Shown here piece after piece: positions 24,101 to 43,029 of a stretch of 64,000 bases of DNA. A program made the position numbers and the translations under genes. The stretch comes from Macrostomum lignano (lineage: Eukaryota). Location of the stretch: assembly GCA_002269645.1 (NCBI GenBank), contig NIVC01002505.1, forward strand, positions 44,072-108,071, in the 5' to 3' direction. The notes beneath the pieces are model-generated. The model did not search any database, was not told the DNA's origin, and worked only from the letters and a program-made list of their open reading frames with translations. Each line of letters begins with the position of its first letter. Position 1 is the stretch's first letter.

Positions 24101-26104
24101 TTTATGGCTAGTGTTTATGGCTTGTGTATTGATTTATGGCTAGTGTTTATGGCTTGTGTGTATTGATTTGTGGCTAGTGTTTATGGTTTGTGTGTATTGA
24201 TTTATGGCTAGTGTTTATGGTTTGTGTGTATTGATTTGTGGCTAGTGTTTATGGCTTGTGTATTGATTTGTGGCTAGTGTTTATGGCTTGTGTATTGATT
24301 TATGGCTAGTGTTTATGGTTTGTGTGTATTGATTTGTGGCTAGTGTTTATGGCTTGTATTGATTTGTGGCTAGTGTTTATGGTTTGTGTGTATTGATTTG
24401 TGGCTAGTGTTTATGGCTTGTGTATTGATTTGTGGCTAGTGTTTATGGTTTGTGTATTGATTTGTGGCTAGTGTTTATGGCTTGTGTATTGATTTGTGGC
24501 TAGTGTTTATGGTTTGTGTATTGATTGTGTGGGTAGTGTTTATGGTTTGTGTATTGATTGTGTGGGTACGGTTTATGGCTTGTGTTTTTGATTGTGTCTA
24601 AGGTTTATGCCTTGTGCTTATTGTTTGGTTCTAGGATTTGTGTTTTGTGCTTGTCGTTTGTAACTAGGGCTCATGTTTCACATGCTGTTTTTAGGCTAAG
24701 ATTTGGTGTAATTTTAAGGAGACTTCACTAATATTTCGAGCGGTTTATTCATCCTGCATTGAACTCGGAATTTTCAGAGAGCTCCGCCGCCTTCACCGGC
24801 AGCGAACTCGTCGAGAGGAGCGCCTGAGGCGTCGGGCCGAAGCCACCGCCGCTGCTGCAGCCGCTGCCGCCGCCGCCGCTTCTAAAAACTCGGTCACCAG
24901 TGAGGGCGGCAGCGGCGCCTTGCAACTCCGACTTGGCCGAGACACCAGCCTAGATTTGCTGATGCGAGCGCTCGATCGCAGGGAGGACACAATGTACTTA
25001 GTCAGTTTCAGGTCCGATCATCTGGTGTTTCCCGCTTTGGCCGCTAATAAAACTTCTGCGCCCAGGATGACTTTCTTGATGCCGGCTGTTAATGGTGAGC
25101 TCAGCTGCTGTGAATAGTACAGGCATTTGTTAAGCATTTTTCAGCTTGAATCTTTTGAGATTTTCAGCTTGAATATTTTGAGATTTTCAGCTTGAATATT
25201 TTGAGATTTTCAGCTTGAATCTCGTGAGATTTTCAGCTTGAATCTCGTGAGATTTTCAGCTTGAATCTCGTGAGATTTTCAGCTTGAATCTTGCGAGATT
25301 TTCAGCTTGAATCTTGTGAGATTTTCAGCTTGAATCTTGTGAGATTTTGAGCTTGAATCTTGTGAGATTTTGAGCTTGAATATGGTGAGATTTTCAGCTT
25401 GAATCTTAAGAAATTCTCCAATCAACGGACATTTCGAGCTCCAATCAACGGAGATTTCGAGCTCCAATCAACGGAGATTTCGAGCTCCAATCAACGGAGA
25501 TTTCGAGCTCCAATCAACGGAGATTTCGAGCTCCAATCAACGGAGATTTCGAGCTCCAATCAACGGAGATTTCGAGCTCCAATCAACAGAGATTTCGAGC
25601 TCCAATCAACAGAGATTTCGAGCTCAAATCAACGGAGATTTCGAGCTCCAATCAACGGAGATTTCGAGCTCCAATCAACGGAGATTTTGAGCTCCAATCA
25701 ACAGAGATTTCGAGCTCCAATCAACGGAGATTTTGAGCTCCAATCAACGGAGATTTCGAGCTCCAATCAACGGAGATTTCGAGCTCCAATCAACGGAGAT
25801 TTCGAGCTCCAATCAACGGAGAATTCGAGCTCCAATCAACGGAGATTTCGAGCTCCAATCAACGGAGATTTCGAGCTCCAATCAACGGAGATTTCGAGCT
25901 CCAATACGCTAATTTTTCAGCTAAAAAGCTTAAGCTTGCTGTTAATCCCTTCAAATTGCAGAGAGCAGCCGCACCTCGGCCAGAGGCACAGTCCCACTGA
26001 TGCAGATCGACTGCGAAGTAGTTAACGTCGGCCTAATGCACCTGGACAAATGGCGTGTGCCACTGCAGTTTCGTCAGGATCTGTTCGGCAATAATCGAGT
26101 TTAA
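21124..26104 (+). CDS. ATF6: ATF6-type membrane-bound bZIP transcription factor; join(21124-22125,23248-23792,24778-25094,25962-26104), 668 aa
   Basis: bZIP RIERMIKNRHSASESRRKRKEYLDGLERRVQ|SLASENAFLRDEN; TM segment; site-1-protease motif RHLL; luminal motifs NSTESARLAKELDGW, RREDTMYLVSFRSDHLVFPA and LMQIDCEV; splice phases 0, 2, 1 are consistent. Confidence 0.93.
22229..23075. repeat. Minisatellite, 23-bp unit ggatctgagtcagatgagcctca, ATF6 intron 1
   Basis: Tandem array; most units contain TGAGTCA. Confidence 0.95.
23850..24600. repeat. Minisatellite, 32-34-bp unit gatttgtggctagtgtttatggtttgtgtgtatt, ATF6 intron 2
   Basis: Direct reading of the tandem array. Confidence 0.95.
25135..25905. 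repeat. Two adjacent 23-bp minisatellites (gagattttcagcttgaatcttgt, then ggagatttcgagctccaatcaac), ATF6 intron 3
   Basis: First array about 25135-25405, second about 25410-25905. Confidence 0.95.
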
Positions 26105-26721
26105 ACCTGGTTGATTGAACTTGCACTGGTTTTCTATGCATCTTGTTATTAGTGAACTGCAGTTTGTATTTGTCTTGCTTAGCTTTGTAACTAGCTTAAT
26201 GCCATTAATTTTTGGCGATTTTACAGTCTTGCTGTTCAGCAGCTTCTTCTTCTATTGTGTTGTTTTGTCTTTATCCCGCGCTATTTGTTTGCTTTTGTTT
26301 CTACGGGTGTTGAGTTTTGCCTCCAACTGGTTAACTCAAGTGAATTGCCTTCATAGCCTCTGTCTGTACCAGTCATTTTTTATCTCATCATTATTTCATG
26401 TTTTATCTGCAATAGCTGTGTTTTATATAATCGCTGTTTATATTGCTGTATATTCTCTCATTTTGATCCTGTCTGTCTGTCAACCTGTCTTTCTCATTCT
26501 GACATTATCTGGTACAGTACAGACACTTGTTATTATTATTAAACACTGTTTGCACGCTTCATATTTTCCTTGATGGTTATCGATTTTAGTAAAATAAAAT
26601 GAAAAAATGAAATTGTGCCGGACTTTTCTATACTGGTCTGACAATACTGTCTGTTTTTTTATTATTATTGAAATTTGTTGTCCTATGGTAGAACAGCACG
26701 CTTGATAATGAGAAGTAAAAG

Positions 26722-27490
26722 AAAGGAGATTGCGAGCATTTTCATTGGAGCGGCATGTTTCGCCTGACTTTATGCATCATCGGGCAGATTGGAATTTATT
26801 TAATTTAAGTAATTGAAATTTCTAACAGCTGGAAGAATTTCCATGAAGAAGTGACTAATCTCACTAAATATTTCCGTATGAATGATTACCCAGAATCTCT
26901 GCTTAGCTACCATCTTAAAAAGTTTCTCAACCAAAAATTACATTTGCAAAAATCCAATGTAAATGAACAACAGCAAGATCAGTTTCAGACCAAATATAGG
27001 CACCTTTCTATCCCCTACTATGGCGAGGCTTCGATCAGTTTTAAGAAAGCGCTCCTCCGGTGCTTTAAGCAGTTTTCTAATGATAATCTGAGAATCACCT
27101 TTTATTGCGATAAAGTTGGCCAGTATGTCTCTAAGCTCAAAAGCCGTGTGCCTCTGCAACTACGTGCAGGTGTCGTCTACCAATTCCAGTGCTCTGTTGA
27201 TCAGAGAGTTACCTACCTAGGTAAATCGAAACGGCACTTGTATGTTAGGGGCAGAGAACACTGGTTAAAGCCATCAGCAGTGCAAGACCATCTTATGGCC
27301 TGTAGTGAATGCGCCAACAGTGAACAAAAGGATAGGTTTACTATCATACACAGTTGCAATATCGATCATCGCCTTAAGATTATTGAAGCTATGTACATTA
27401 AAAACTGGCAACCAACTTTAAATAAACAGTTGGGTTATTCCGGGGCCGGTGCTCTCCTGAGAGTGTTCTAAACGTACACTCACTACCCGG

Positions 27491-27532
<42 letters not shown>

Positions 27533-27721
27533 GTCTCGGTTTTGATCTGTTGACTCCCCCCGTGTTTTGTTATTACAATCTTGTACATCACTGACTATCT
27601 GCCACTGAAATGTATTTATACTCTACGTTTTGACTTAAATTAAATAAATTCCAATCTGCCCGATGATGCCTAGAGTTGGGCGAAACATGTCGTTCTAATG
27701 AAAATGCTCGCAATCTCCTTT
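26722..27721 (+). mobile_element. 5'-truncated Penelope-like retroelement: RT C-terminal region plus GIY-YIG endonuclease, with inverted partial pseudo-LTR
   Basis: ORF 26851-27471 has YP...IPYYG, GVVYQFQC...YLGKSKRHLYVRGREH...SAVQDH...IIEAMYIK..QPTLNKQ. 26722-26809 is an inverted copy of 27633-27721. Confidence 0.9.
27655..27697 (+). ncRNA. Degenerate minimal hammerhead-ribozyme-like motif in the Penelope pLTR
   Basis: CCGATGA-T-GCCT-AGAGTT-GGGC-GAAA-CATGTC: hammerhead-like core (CUGAUGA with U4 changed to C), stem II, palindromic ACATGT stem III and GUC triplet. Stem I pairing is weak. Confidence 0.5.
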
Positions 27722-29468
27722 GTTGTTCTATATGTTTGTTTTGCACCTGACACTCACTCACGGACAAGCTAGCTATGACCGTTTAACATAGCTTAGGCCT
27801 GTCATTCGATTTTATTATGAGATTGCTTACTGATTAAGCTTCTCTAATACTTTGATTGTTTTCATCTTATTGATGTTAATTAGCAGGGTTTAAATTATAA
27901 TCGTTTTTTCTGATTGTTTATTTGGCTCCCGGAGCATTGCTGTAGTTTGTCAGCTCTTTAGAAGTTTGTTGCCTCGGTTATCAGTAACTTAATTAGTTGT
28001 TTTTTTCTCGCAAACTTTTATTTTGTGTCGTTTATTGGCAGCTCTTTTTATAACCAGCGTAAGAAATGATAGGCTTGCAAAAACGTCTGATTTTCTACTA
28101 ATATGTGTGTACATTGAAGGGATGTACATTTGTCGGTATGTACGTTTGCCAAAGGGTCCTTGGTCTAAAAATAGAACTTTTTGTACGCTGGCGCAGCGCC
28201 TGGGTGTTTATCTCCTCGGCGTAGGTTTGGCTGAATCTATTAATAGAATCAATGTACGCGCAGTTGGCTTTAAAAGTCGAGTGGGTGGTTAATCTGAAGA
28301 ATCTAAAAATAGAATTACTTGTGCGCTACCGCAGCGGGCTATCCTATTTGTCAAGTGGCTATAAATAGAATCAATGTACGCGCAGTCGTCACTTTAAGCA
28401 AAGGTGGGTTATCTGAAAAAATGAATATCATACATCTGCGCTACTTTTATATCTTCAATTTTATTGAGTAATTTGCTGCTTTAAACGTGTCATATTCTTC
28501 AGTTTTTTGAGCAGGTGTCTGTCCTTGATGTTGTAATTCATATGCTCGTGAATTCCCTGCCGTTTTTTTCTTTTTATTATTTCCTCTTCTGCAAGTAAAA
28601 ATAAATCAATTCCTTTTTTCGCCAAACTGTCGCCCAACAGGCGAGAGCTGTTGTCATCTTATTAACCTTTGAATAAAGAGACACTGAAAATGAGACCATC
28701 TCGATTATTCCATTAACAAAATGAACCACTCAATTAGGTTTACATGTTTATATCATGGACTCTGATATATATAGTGTGTATATGTTACATTGGACACAGT
28801 TAAATAACTCAATTAGTCACAAATTACAAACTAGACACCGAAAATTTCGAGATTAAATAACAACAGGATCATTTTTTTACTTATAAACGGGGGCCGTAGT
28901 TGAGTATTATGAATGTGGAGTACAAGCTTACAGTGTTATAAGGGTAGGCGAAGTGTACAACAGTGACTGTTAGCCGATTAGAGTGCTGCTAGAATGTCGC
29001 ACGCGTATGCGGTAGAGCGGAAAAGCAATTAATTAAAACATAATTAATATGTTTTGATTTTAATAAAACACTAGGAATTATCTCTACAAGTACTATTTAA
29101 AGTTGACAGTAATTAAATATTTCAGCATGTATTGTAACTGTGCCGACTCTGAATATTTGGACAAATAAAGTACATAATACACATTTTAAAAAGATTTCCG
29201 GGTTTGCTTCACTAGAAAAATATTGGGATCAAAAATTACAACACTATTGAAGTAGAATTCTTAAGCATTCAAACGTGTATTTTCATACTCGTAGAAACGT
29301 GGCTGAACTTTAAAATGGAGTTTCTGTTTTATTTTACTTCTGAATGTAACATTTAACACATAGACACGACAAAGCAGTGTGAGTCAGGTTAATGTAATAT
29401 TTAATTGAACATGCTGTCACCGAATCACTGTCTGAACGCGCAACAAGTTCTTGTGAATCGTGAAGCAT

Positions 29469-35454
<5,986 letters not shown>

Positions 35455-36129
35455 AAATGAGCAGCTTGAGTCGGGCATATTTTAATTCATTTATGTATTT
35501 CTTCTTTTGTTAAAAGATCAGGGCATTTGCAGCTACACATATGTCTTCCTATTAGCGAAATTTCGCTCCCTCGGCTGCAGTTTCTTCCATAGACTCATGA
35601 TCAATTATATCGATTTTTGTTAGTATACTGAAAGTATCTGCTGTACTTAGTAAATTTGCATATAAATGGTTACTTTATTTCATTGCATTCAACGATTCGA
35701 CATATCTATGCCTATGATTACCATCATTATTATATTCATATACATGTACCGGTAGTAGTTGGTGGCCTAGCTAATTGCAGATTGTAATACTAATTTGCTG
35801 TCTCTCAATAAATCTTCATCACTGACGGGAGAGCGTTTCGTATTCTACACTGCTATGTTCTGCATTCGTGTACTCAGCTTATCCGCCTAACCTGCAGGGT
35901 TAATTAATCCAAAGGTAGAAGGATTCACACAGTCTAAATCAATGTAGCTATATCCTACATGCAGCTAGCTCATTAGTAACTTATTAAAGGAAGTGTACGT
36001 AGAATCTCTAATTACTTTGTACATTTAGAAGCAATAAATTAAGCAAGATGATATTAATTAAGATATCCTGTTTTTAAAGTGCAAGGTTTACTATCTTTTT
36101 TAAAAAACTAAATGGACTTAGCAAATAGT

Positions 36130-36134
36130 AGTAA

Positions 36135-36179
<45 letters not shown>

Positions 36180-36268
36180 AAGTAGTAGTAGTAGTAGTAG
36201 AAGTAGTAGTAGTAGTAGAAGTAGTAGTAGTAGTAGAAGTAGTAGTAGTAGTAGAAGTAGTAGTAGTA

Positions 36269-36305
<37 letters not shown>

Positions 36306-36310
36306 AAGAA
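36130..36310. repeat. (AGT)n microsatellite with periodic AGA interruptions
   Basis: Direct reading. Confidence 0.95.
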
Positions 36311-36739
36311 GAAGATAAACAGTCTGAGCAACCTAAACTCAGAATTATGGATCGAGAACTGGCATTACATTTCCCATTTGTTATATTCATTTCTTCATTT
36401 TGCCCCCAGCTGTAGGCGCACTGCTCAACCAGATCGGCGAGCAGTTTTAATGCAGCTCATGGCTTATCTCCCATAATCCAGTTTGCTTGCAGGTTTTATG
36501 CAGCCTCCCTCTTTTAGCGATAAGAAATTCTGTAATAAAATATTAAATAGCATTCCAATAAAGCTATTGCATTCCCGCATAGTTTGCGGACTAATGGGGC
36601 AATGGCTTTGGGCTAAATTTATCGCTGAAGCCATTCTCTGATCGATAATGTCGATGACCTTCATTACTACCTTCCGGTGGCATCCGCGAAGCAAAAATTA
36701 TAGCTAGTCCATCCAATGTTTTAATGATTATTGCTGTGT

Positions 36740-37362
36740 GTGCACTGACTATCCACTGACATTCCTGACTATCCACTGCCATTCCTGACTATCCACTGAC
36801 ATTCCTGGCTAACCACTGGCATTCCTGACTATCCACTGACATTCCTGACTATCCACTGACATTCCTGGCTAACCAATGGCATTCCTGACTATCCACGGAC
36901 ATTCCTGACTATCCACTGACATTCCTGACTATCCACTGATATTCCTGACTAACCAATGGCATTCCTGACTAACCAATGGTATTCCTGACTATCCACTGAC
37001 ATTCCTGACTATCCACTGACATTCCTGACTAACCAGTGGCATTCCTGACTATCCGATGGCATTCCTGACTAACCAGTGACATTCCTGACTAACCAATGGT
37101 ATTACTGACTAACCAGTGACATTCCTGACTAACCAGTGACATTCCTGACTAACCAGTGACATTCCTGACTAACCAGTGACATTCCTGACTAACCAGTGGC
37201 ATTCCTGACTATCCGATGGCATTCCTGACTAACCAGCGACATTCCTGACTAACCAGTGACATTCCTGACTAACCATTGACATTCCTGACTAACCAATGGT
37301 ATTCCTGACTAACCAGTGACATTCCTGACTAACCATTGACATTCCTGACTAACCATTGACAC
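36740..37362. repeat. Minisatellite, 20-bp unit attcctgactatccactgac
   Basis: About 30 copies, drifting to the variant attcctgactaaccagtgac. Confidence 0.95.
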
Positions 37363-38117
37363 GTAATTCGAGAAAATGCTGAATGACAATAATTTTCAAA
37401 TAACAGACATTGTGAAAAACACGAGAAAACTTACACCAAGACTTCACTTTATCCTTGTCCTTCATTTTCAGCTTGCAATTTTCGACAATGAAATGAACTA
37501 TGGATGCTTAAACACTTTATTAAAGACAATTATTTTGCAGTAAAATTTCAATAAAAAATTTTTGAATAACTTTATTGCCTAACAATATTTGGGGAGCCTC
37601 TTAAGAAAAGAGAGAACGAGAGGGAGAGGAGTGGCCGTGTGGGTCGTATTGGACTTTTTGTTGCTATGAGTTTACGGGATCTCTCTTTCTCTCTCTCTCT
37701 CTCTCTCTCCAGAGCTGCATAGAGTGCAAAAACCCTCTTGAAAAGAAAGAGAACGGGGGGGGGGGTGCAGAGAGAGAGAGAGAAGAGACGAGACGGTCGC
37801 TGCAGAGAGCTTGAAGGAATTATTTGCATTACCCCAACCCCCTCTCCTGTTGGGATTTAAGCACAATTGGCCAATGGGGAGGCCCGGCCCATGGCTCCGG
37901 TCTGGGGGGGGGATTTAAGTCAGTCGGCAACCTTCAATCACCCCCAGTCAGGCATAGCCATGCTCACCCACCCATATAGTGGAGCTCTTAATCCTATCTG
38001 GGCTGCCTCGGGTAGGGGTGCAACTGGGGAGGTGGGAGGTGGGATTGAAGACAACTGGGAATACGAAAGAATAGGGATTTCGCTCCTTTTTGCTGGGTGC
38101 ACTGGATCAGTCAGCTG

Positions 38118-38157
<40 letters not shown>

Positions 38158-38164
38158 TGAGCGA

Positions 38165-39052
<888 letters not shown>

Positions 39053-39469
39053 ATGAGCATTGTCACTTTACTAATCTCCGTTAGCCTTTAATCATTAGAG
39101 GTGACGACCCCAGGTCATGAGTGTTTTCCCTCACCCATGCATACTCATGTTTTTTATCTCTTCATTTCCTACTGTACGCATTTATGGCATTGTTAGCGCT
39201 GAAATGCATTTCATTATGTCAGATGCAGTTCTCCCATTGTCTCAGTGCGCCCTTGATGAGCTCAGACCAACAAAAAACGTTAGAGGACTCTTGGTTCTGC
39301 TCTCAGAGGACATTTGAATAATGGAGAATCCTACTAGTAACCCCTCTCCACTTGCCCTTCAGGGACGCATTCAGTGAAATGACCTCTAAGTCACCTTTAA
39401 CGCTAACAGCTGTTTAGTGATTTTTAGATGGTTCATTCAAGCCGCATCACTGCCTTTGATAAAGGGTAA

Positions 39470-39785
39470 CTACCTGTCTAACAGGTAACATCATGTCTAA
39501 CAGGTAACTCCCTGTCTAATAGGTAGGTAACACCATGTCTAACAGGTAACACCATGTCTAATAGGTAGGTAACACCATATCTAACTGGTAACTCCCTGTC
39601 TAACAGGTAACACCATGTCTAACAGGTAACTCCCTGTCTAATAGGTAGGTAACACCATGTCTAACAGGTAACACCATGTCTAATAGGTAGGTAACACCAT
39701 ATCTAACTGGTAACTCCCTGTCTAACAGGTAACACCATGTCTAACAGGTAAAATCCTGTCTAACAGGTAGCACCATGTCTAAGAG
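39470..39785. repeat. Minisatellite, 19/23-bp unit taacaggtaacaccatgtc
   Basis: Direct reading. Confidence 0.9.
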
Positions 39786-40149
39786 ATAATATATAGCCTT
39801 ACATGCAGCCTGTTAGCTTGCTGTAATAGCCTAGGGAATAACTGCTTTTTTAAGTAGTTGATTATTCTAGCTAAGTTTTATCAGCAATAAGTGTCCTCAC
39901 GATGGTAGTTCGTACATGTGCAAGTATCCAGAGAAACGGTATTTATAGTATTGAATTTCTTTATGTAGATATGCAAATATATAGCTTAATCATGGATAAC
40001 ATATTAGTCAGAGAGTCAGGGAGAGATAAACATAAAGATGAGCAGGCACAGGCAAACAAATTTGCATTGCAGTGGTCGATGCAAGTATATATCTTGTGCT
40101 GTGAATATATAGAATGCGGTAATCAACAGTTTTAGGCTGAGTTATTGTG

Positions 40150-41340
40150 CGAGAAAGGAGGAGAGAGGGTGAGGAGAGAGGGTGAGGAGAGAGGGTGAGG
40201 AGAGAGGGAGAGGAGTGAGGTTGAGGAGAGAGGGTGAGGAGAGAGGGAGAGGAGAGAGGGAGAGGAGAGAGGGAGAGGAGAGAGGGAGTGAAGAGAGGGT
40301 GAGGAGAGAGGGTGAGGAGAGAGGGTGAGGAGAGAGGGAGAGGAGAGAGGGAGAGGAGAGAGGGTGAGGAGAGAGGGAGAGGAGAGAGGGAGTGGAGAGA
40401 GGGTGAGGAGAGAGGGTGAGGAGAGAGGGAGAGGAGAGAGGGTGAGGAGAGAGGGTGAGAAGAGAGGGAGTGGAGAGAGGGTGAGGAGAGAGGGAGTGGA
40501 GAGAGGGTGAGGAGAGAGGGAGTGGAGAGAGGGTGAGGAGAGAGGGAGTGGAGAGAGGGTGAGGAGAGAGGGAGTGGAGAGAGGGTGAGGAGAGAGGGAG
40601 TGGAGAGAGGGTGAGGAGAGAGGGAGTGGAGAGAGGGTGAGGAGAGAGGGTGAGGAGAGAGGGAGTGGAGAGAGGGTGAGGAGAGAGGGAGAGGAGAGAG
40701 GGTGAGGAGAGAGGGAGTGGAGAGAGGGTGAGGAGAGAGGGTGAGGAGAGAGGGAGTGGAGAGAGGGTGAGGAGAGAGGGAGTGGAGAGAGGGTGAGGAG
40801 AGAGGGAGTGGAGAGAGGGAGAGGAGAGAGGGAGTGGAGAGAGGGTGAGGAGAGAGGGAGAGGAGAGAGGGAGTGAAGAGAGGGTGAGGAGAGAGGGTGA
40901 GGAGAGAGGGTGAGGAGAGAGGGAGAGGAGAGAGGGAGAGGAGAGAGGGTGAGGAGAGAGGGAGAGGAGAGAGGGAGTGGAGAGAGGGTGAGGAGAGAGG
41001 GTGAGGAGAGAGGGAGAGGAGAGAGGGTGAGGAGAGAGGGTGAGAAGAGAGGGAGTGGAGAGAGGGTGAGGAGAGAGGGAGTGGAGAGAGGGTGAGGAGA
41101 GAGGGAGTGGAGAGAGGGTGAGGAGAGAGGGAGTGGAGAGAGGGTGAGGAGAGAGGGTGAGGAGAGAGGGAGTGGAGAGAGGGTGAGGAGAGAGGGAGTG
41201 GAGAGAGGGTGAGGAGAGAGGGAGTGGAGAGAGGGTGAGGAGAGAGGGAGAGGAGAGAGGGAGAGGAGAGAGGGTGAGGAGGGAGGGAGAGGAGAGAGGG
41301 AGAGGAGAGAGGGAGAGGAGGGAAGGGTGAGGAGGGAGAT
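40150..41340. repeat. Purine-rich minisatellite, 13-bp unit gagagagggtgag and variants
   Basis: Direct reading; contains a 585-bp internal duplication. Confidence 0.95.
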
Positions 41341-41480
41341 GTAAGCAAACTGGTGAGAACAGAGAGAGGATATGAAGAGAGAGAAATGGACAGAGAGGCT
41401 AGGAAAAAGAGTATTTTTCATAAGAGATACATAAACGGCAAAAAAGTGCCACAGAAGCAGTTCAGCCAAGCAATGCTCAC

Positions 41481-41580
41481 AGAACTTCTCCGCCTTCTCC
41501 ACCAGATCGATATCCGTCTCCTCGCGGCGACTCTCCTTGACCTCTTTTGTCTCCTTGGAGGAGAAGAACTTCAGCGGCAT
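41481..41580 (-). CDS. Candidate alternative first coding exon of PKA-C (MPLKFFSSKETKEVKESRREETDIDLVEKAEKF)
   Basis: ATG at 41580, 100 nt ending in phase 1 before GTGAGC, matching the phase-1 acceptor at 34334; coding-like composition in a unique island between arrays. Linkage is inferred. Confidence 0.55.
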
Positions 41581-41749
41581 GGCTCAGACTAGACGCTTCG
41601 GCTTGCGTAAGGAGAAATCAGGAAAATCAAACGCATTACGCTACACTAAATTTAGTTACGAGCCGTATTTATGAACACAGCATATACTCCTCGATTGCTA
41701 CTGACAGCGGCAAGGGAAGTAGTGTCGCTAGGACGTCATTGAAACGTCC

Positions 41750-42710
41750 CTGACACTGAGATAGACACTGAGACAGGCACTGAGACAGACACTGAGACAG
41801 GAACTGAGACAGACACTAAGACACTGAGGCAGACACTAAGACACTGAGGCAGACACTAAGACACTGAGACAGACACTGAGGCAGACACTGAGGCAGACAC
41901 TAAGACACTGAGACAGACACTGAGGCAGACACTGAGGCAGACACTAAGACACTGAGACAGACACTGAGACAGACACTGAGGCAGACACTGAGGCAGACAC
42001 TAAGACACTGAGACAGACACTGAGGCAGACACTGAGGCAGACACTGAGGCAGACACTGAGGCAGACACTGAGGCAGACACTGAGGCAGACACTAAGACAC
42101 TGAGGCAGACACTAAGACACTGAGACAGACACTGAGGCAGACACTGAGGCAGACACTAAGACACTGAGGCAGACACTAAGACACTGAGACACTGAGGCAG
42201 ACACTAAGACACTCAGACAGGAACTGAGACAGACACTGAGACAGACACTCAGACAGACACTCAGACAGACACTCAGACAGACACTCAGACAGACACTCAG
42301 ACAGACACTCAGACAGACACTCAGACAGACACTCAGACAGACACTAAAACACTGAGACAGACACCGAGACAGACACTGAAGCAGACACTGAGACAGACAG
42401 ACAGACACTGAGACAGGAACTGAGACAGACACTGAGACAGACACTGAGACAGACACTGAGACAGACACTCAGACAGGAACTGAGACAGACACTGAGACAG
42501 ACACTGAGACAGACACTGAGACAGACACTGAGACAGACACTGAGACAGACACTGAGACAGACACTGAGACAGGAACTGAGGCAGACACTGAGACAGACAC
42601 TGAGACAGACACTCAGACAGACACTGAGACAGACACTGAGACAGGAACTGAGACAGACACTGAGACAGACACTGAGACAGGAACTGAGACAGACACTGAG
42701 ACAGACACAA
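41750..42710. repeat. Minisatellite, 12-bp unit acactgagacag
   Basis: Direct reading. Confidence 0.95.
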
Positions 42711-43029
42711 GAAGAATCTCACCTGGCAATGCTGAATCCAGACAGAAATGCTAAGCAACAAAAGCGAACCAAGCAAGCAGTCGAAAATCTTCTGCTGGAC
42801 GCCCACTCAGCTTTTATACGAAGAGAAACAGCGAAGCAAAAACTTGTCGCCTTTTGCCCAGAGCCAATGGCAGTAAAATTTATTTTTAATTGTAAATGGC
42901 GCGGTTTTTTCTGATAGCCAATGAGACGCAGAGGAGTGTATAGGTGTGTGGCTGCCGAAAGAGAGTGGCAAAGTGTGAAGGTAGGAGAATGGGGGTAGAG
43001 GGTTGAGAGTGGAGAGTGGACAATGAAGA

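Noticed and set aside
25410-25905. ERSE elements in the ATF6 intron (autoregulation)
   Set aside because: CCAAT is present but the CCACG half-site at N9 spacing is not.
28160-28440. CRISPR array
   Set aside because: Eukaryotic context, degenerate repeats, alternate spacers partly similar, no cas genes; kept only as an unexplained motif array.
36345-36380. MGNV start as a myristoylated PKA first exon
   Set aside because: In-frame stop after 10 codons and no donor site.
36464-36694. 76-aa minus-strand ORF
   Set aside because: No recognisable motif or splice support.
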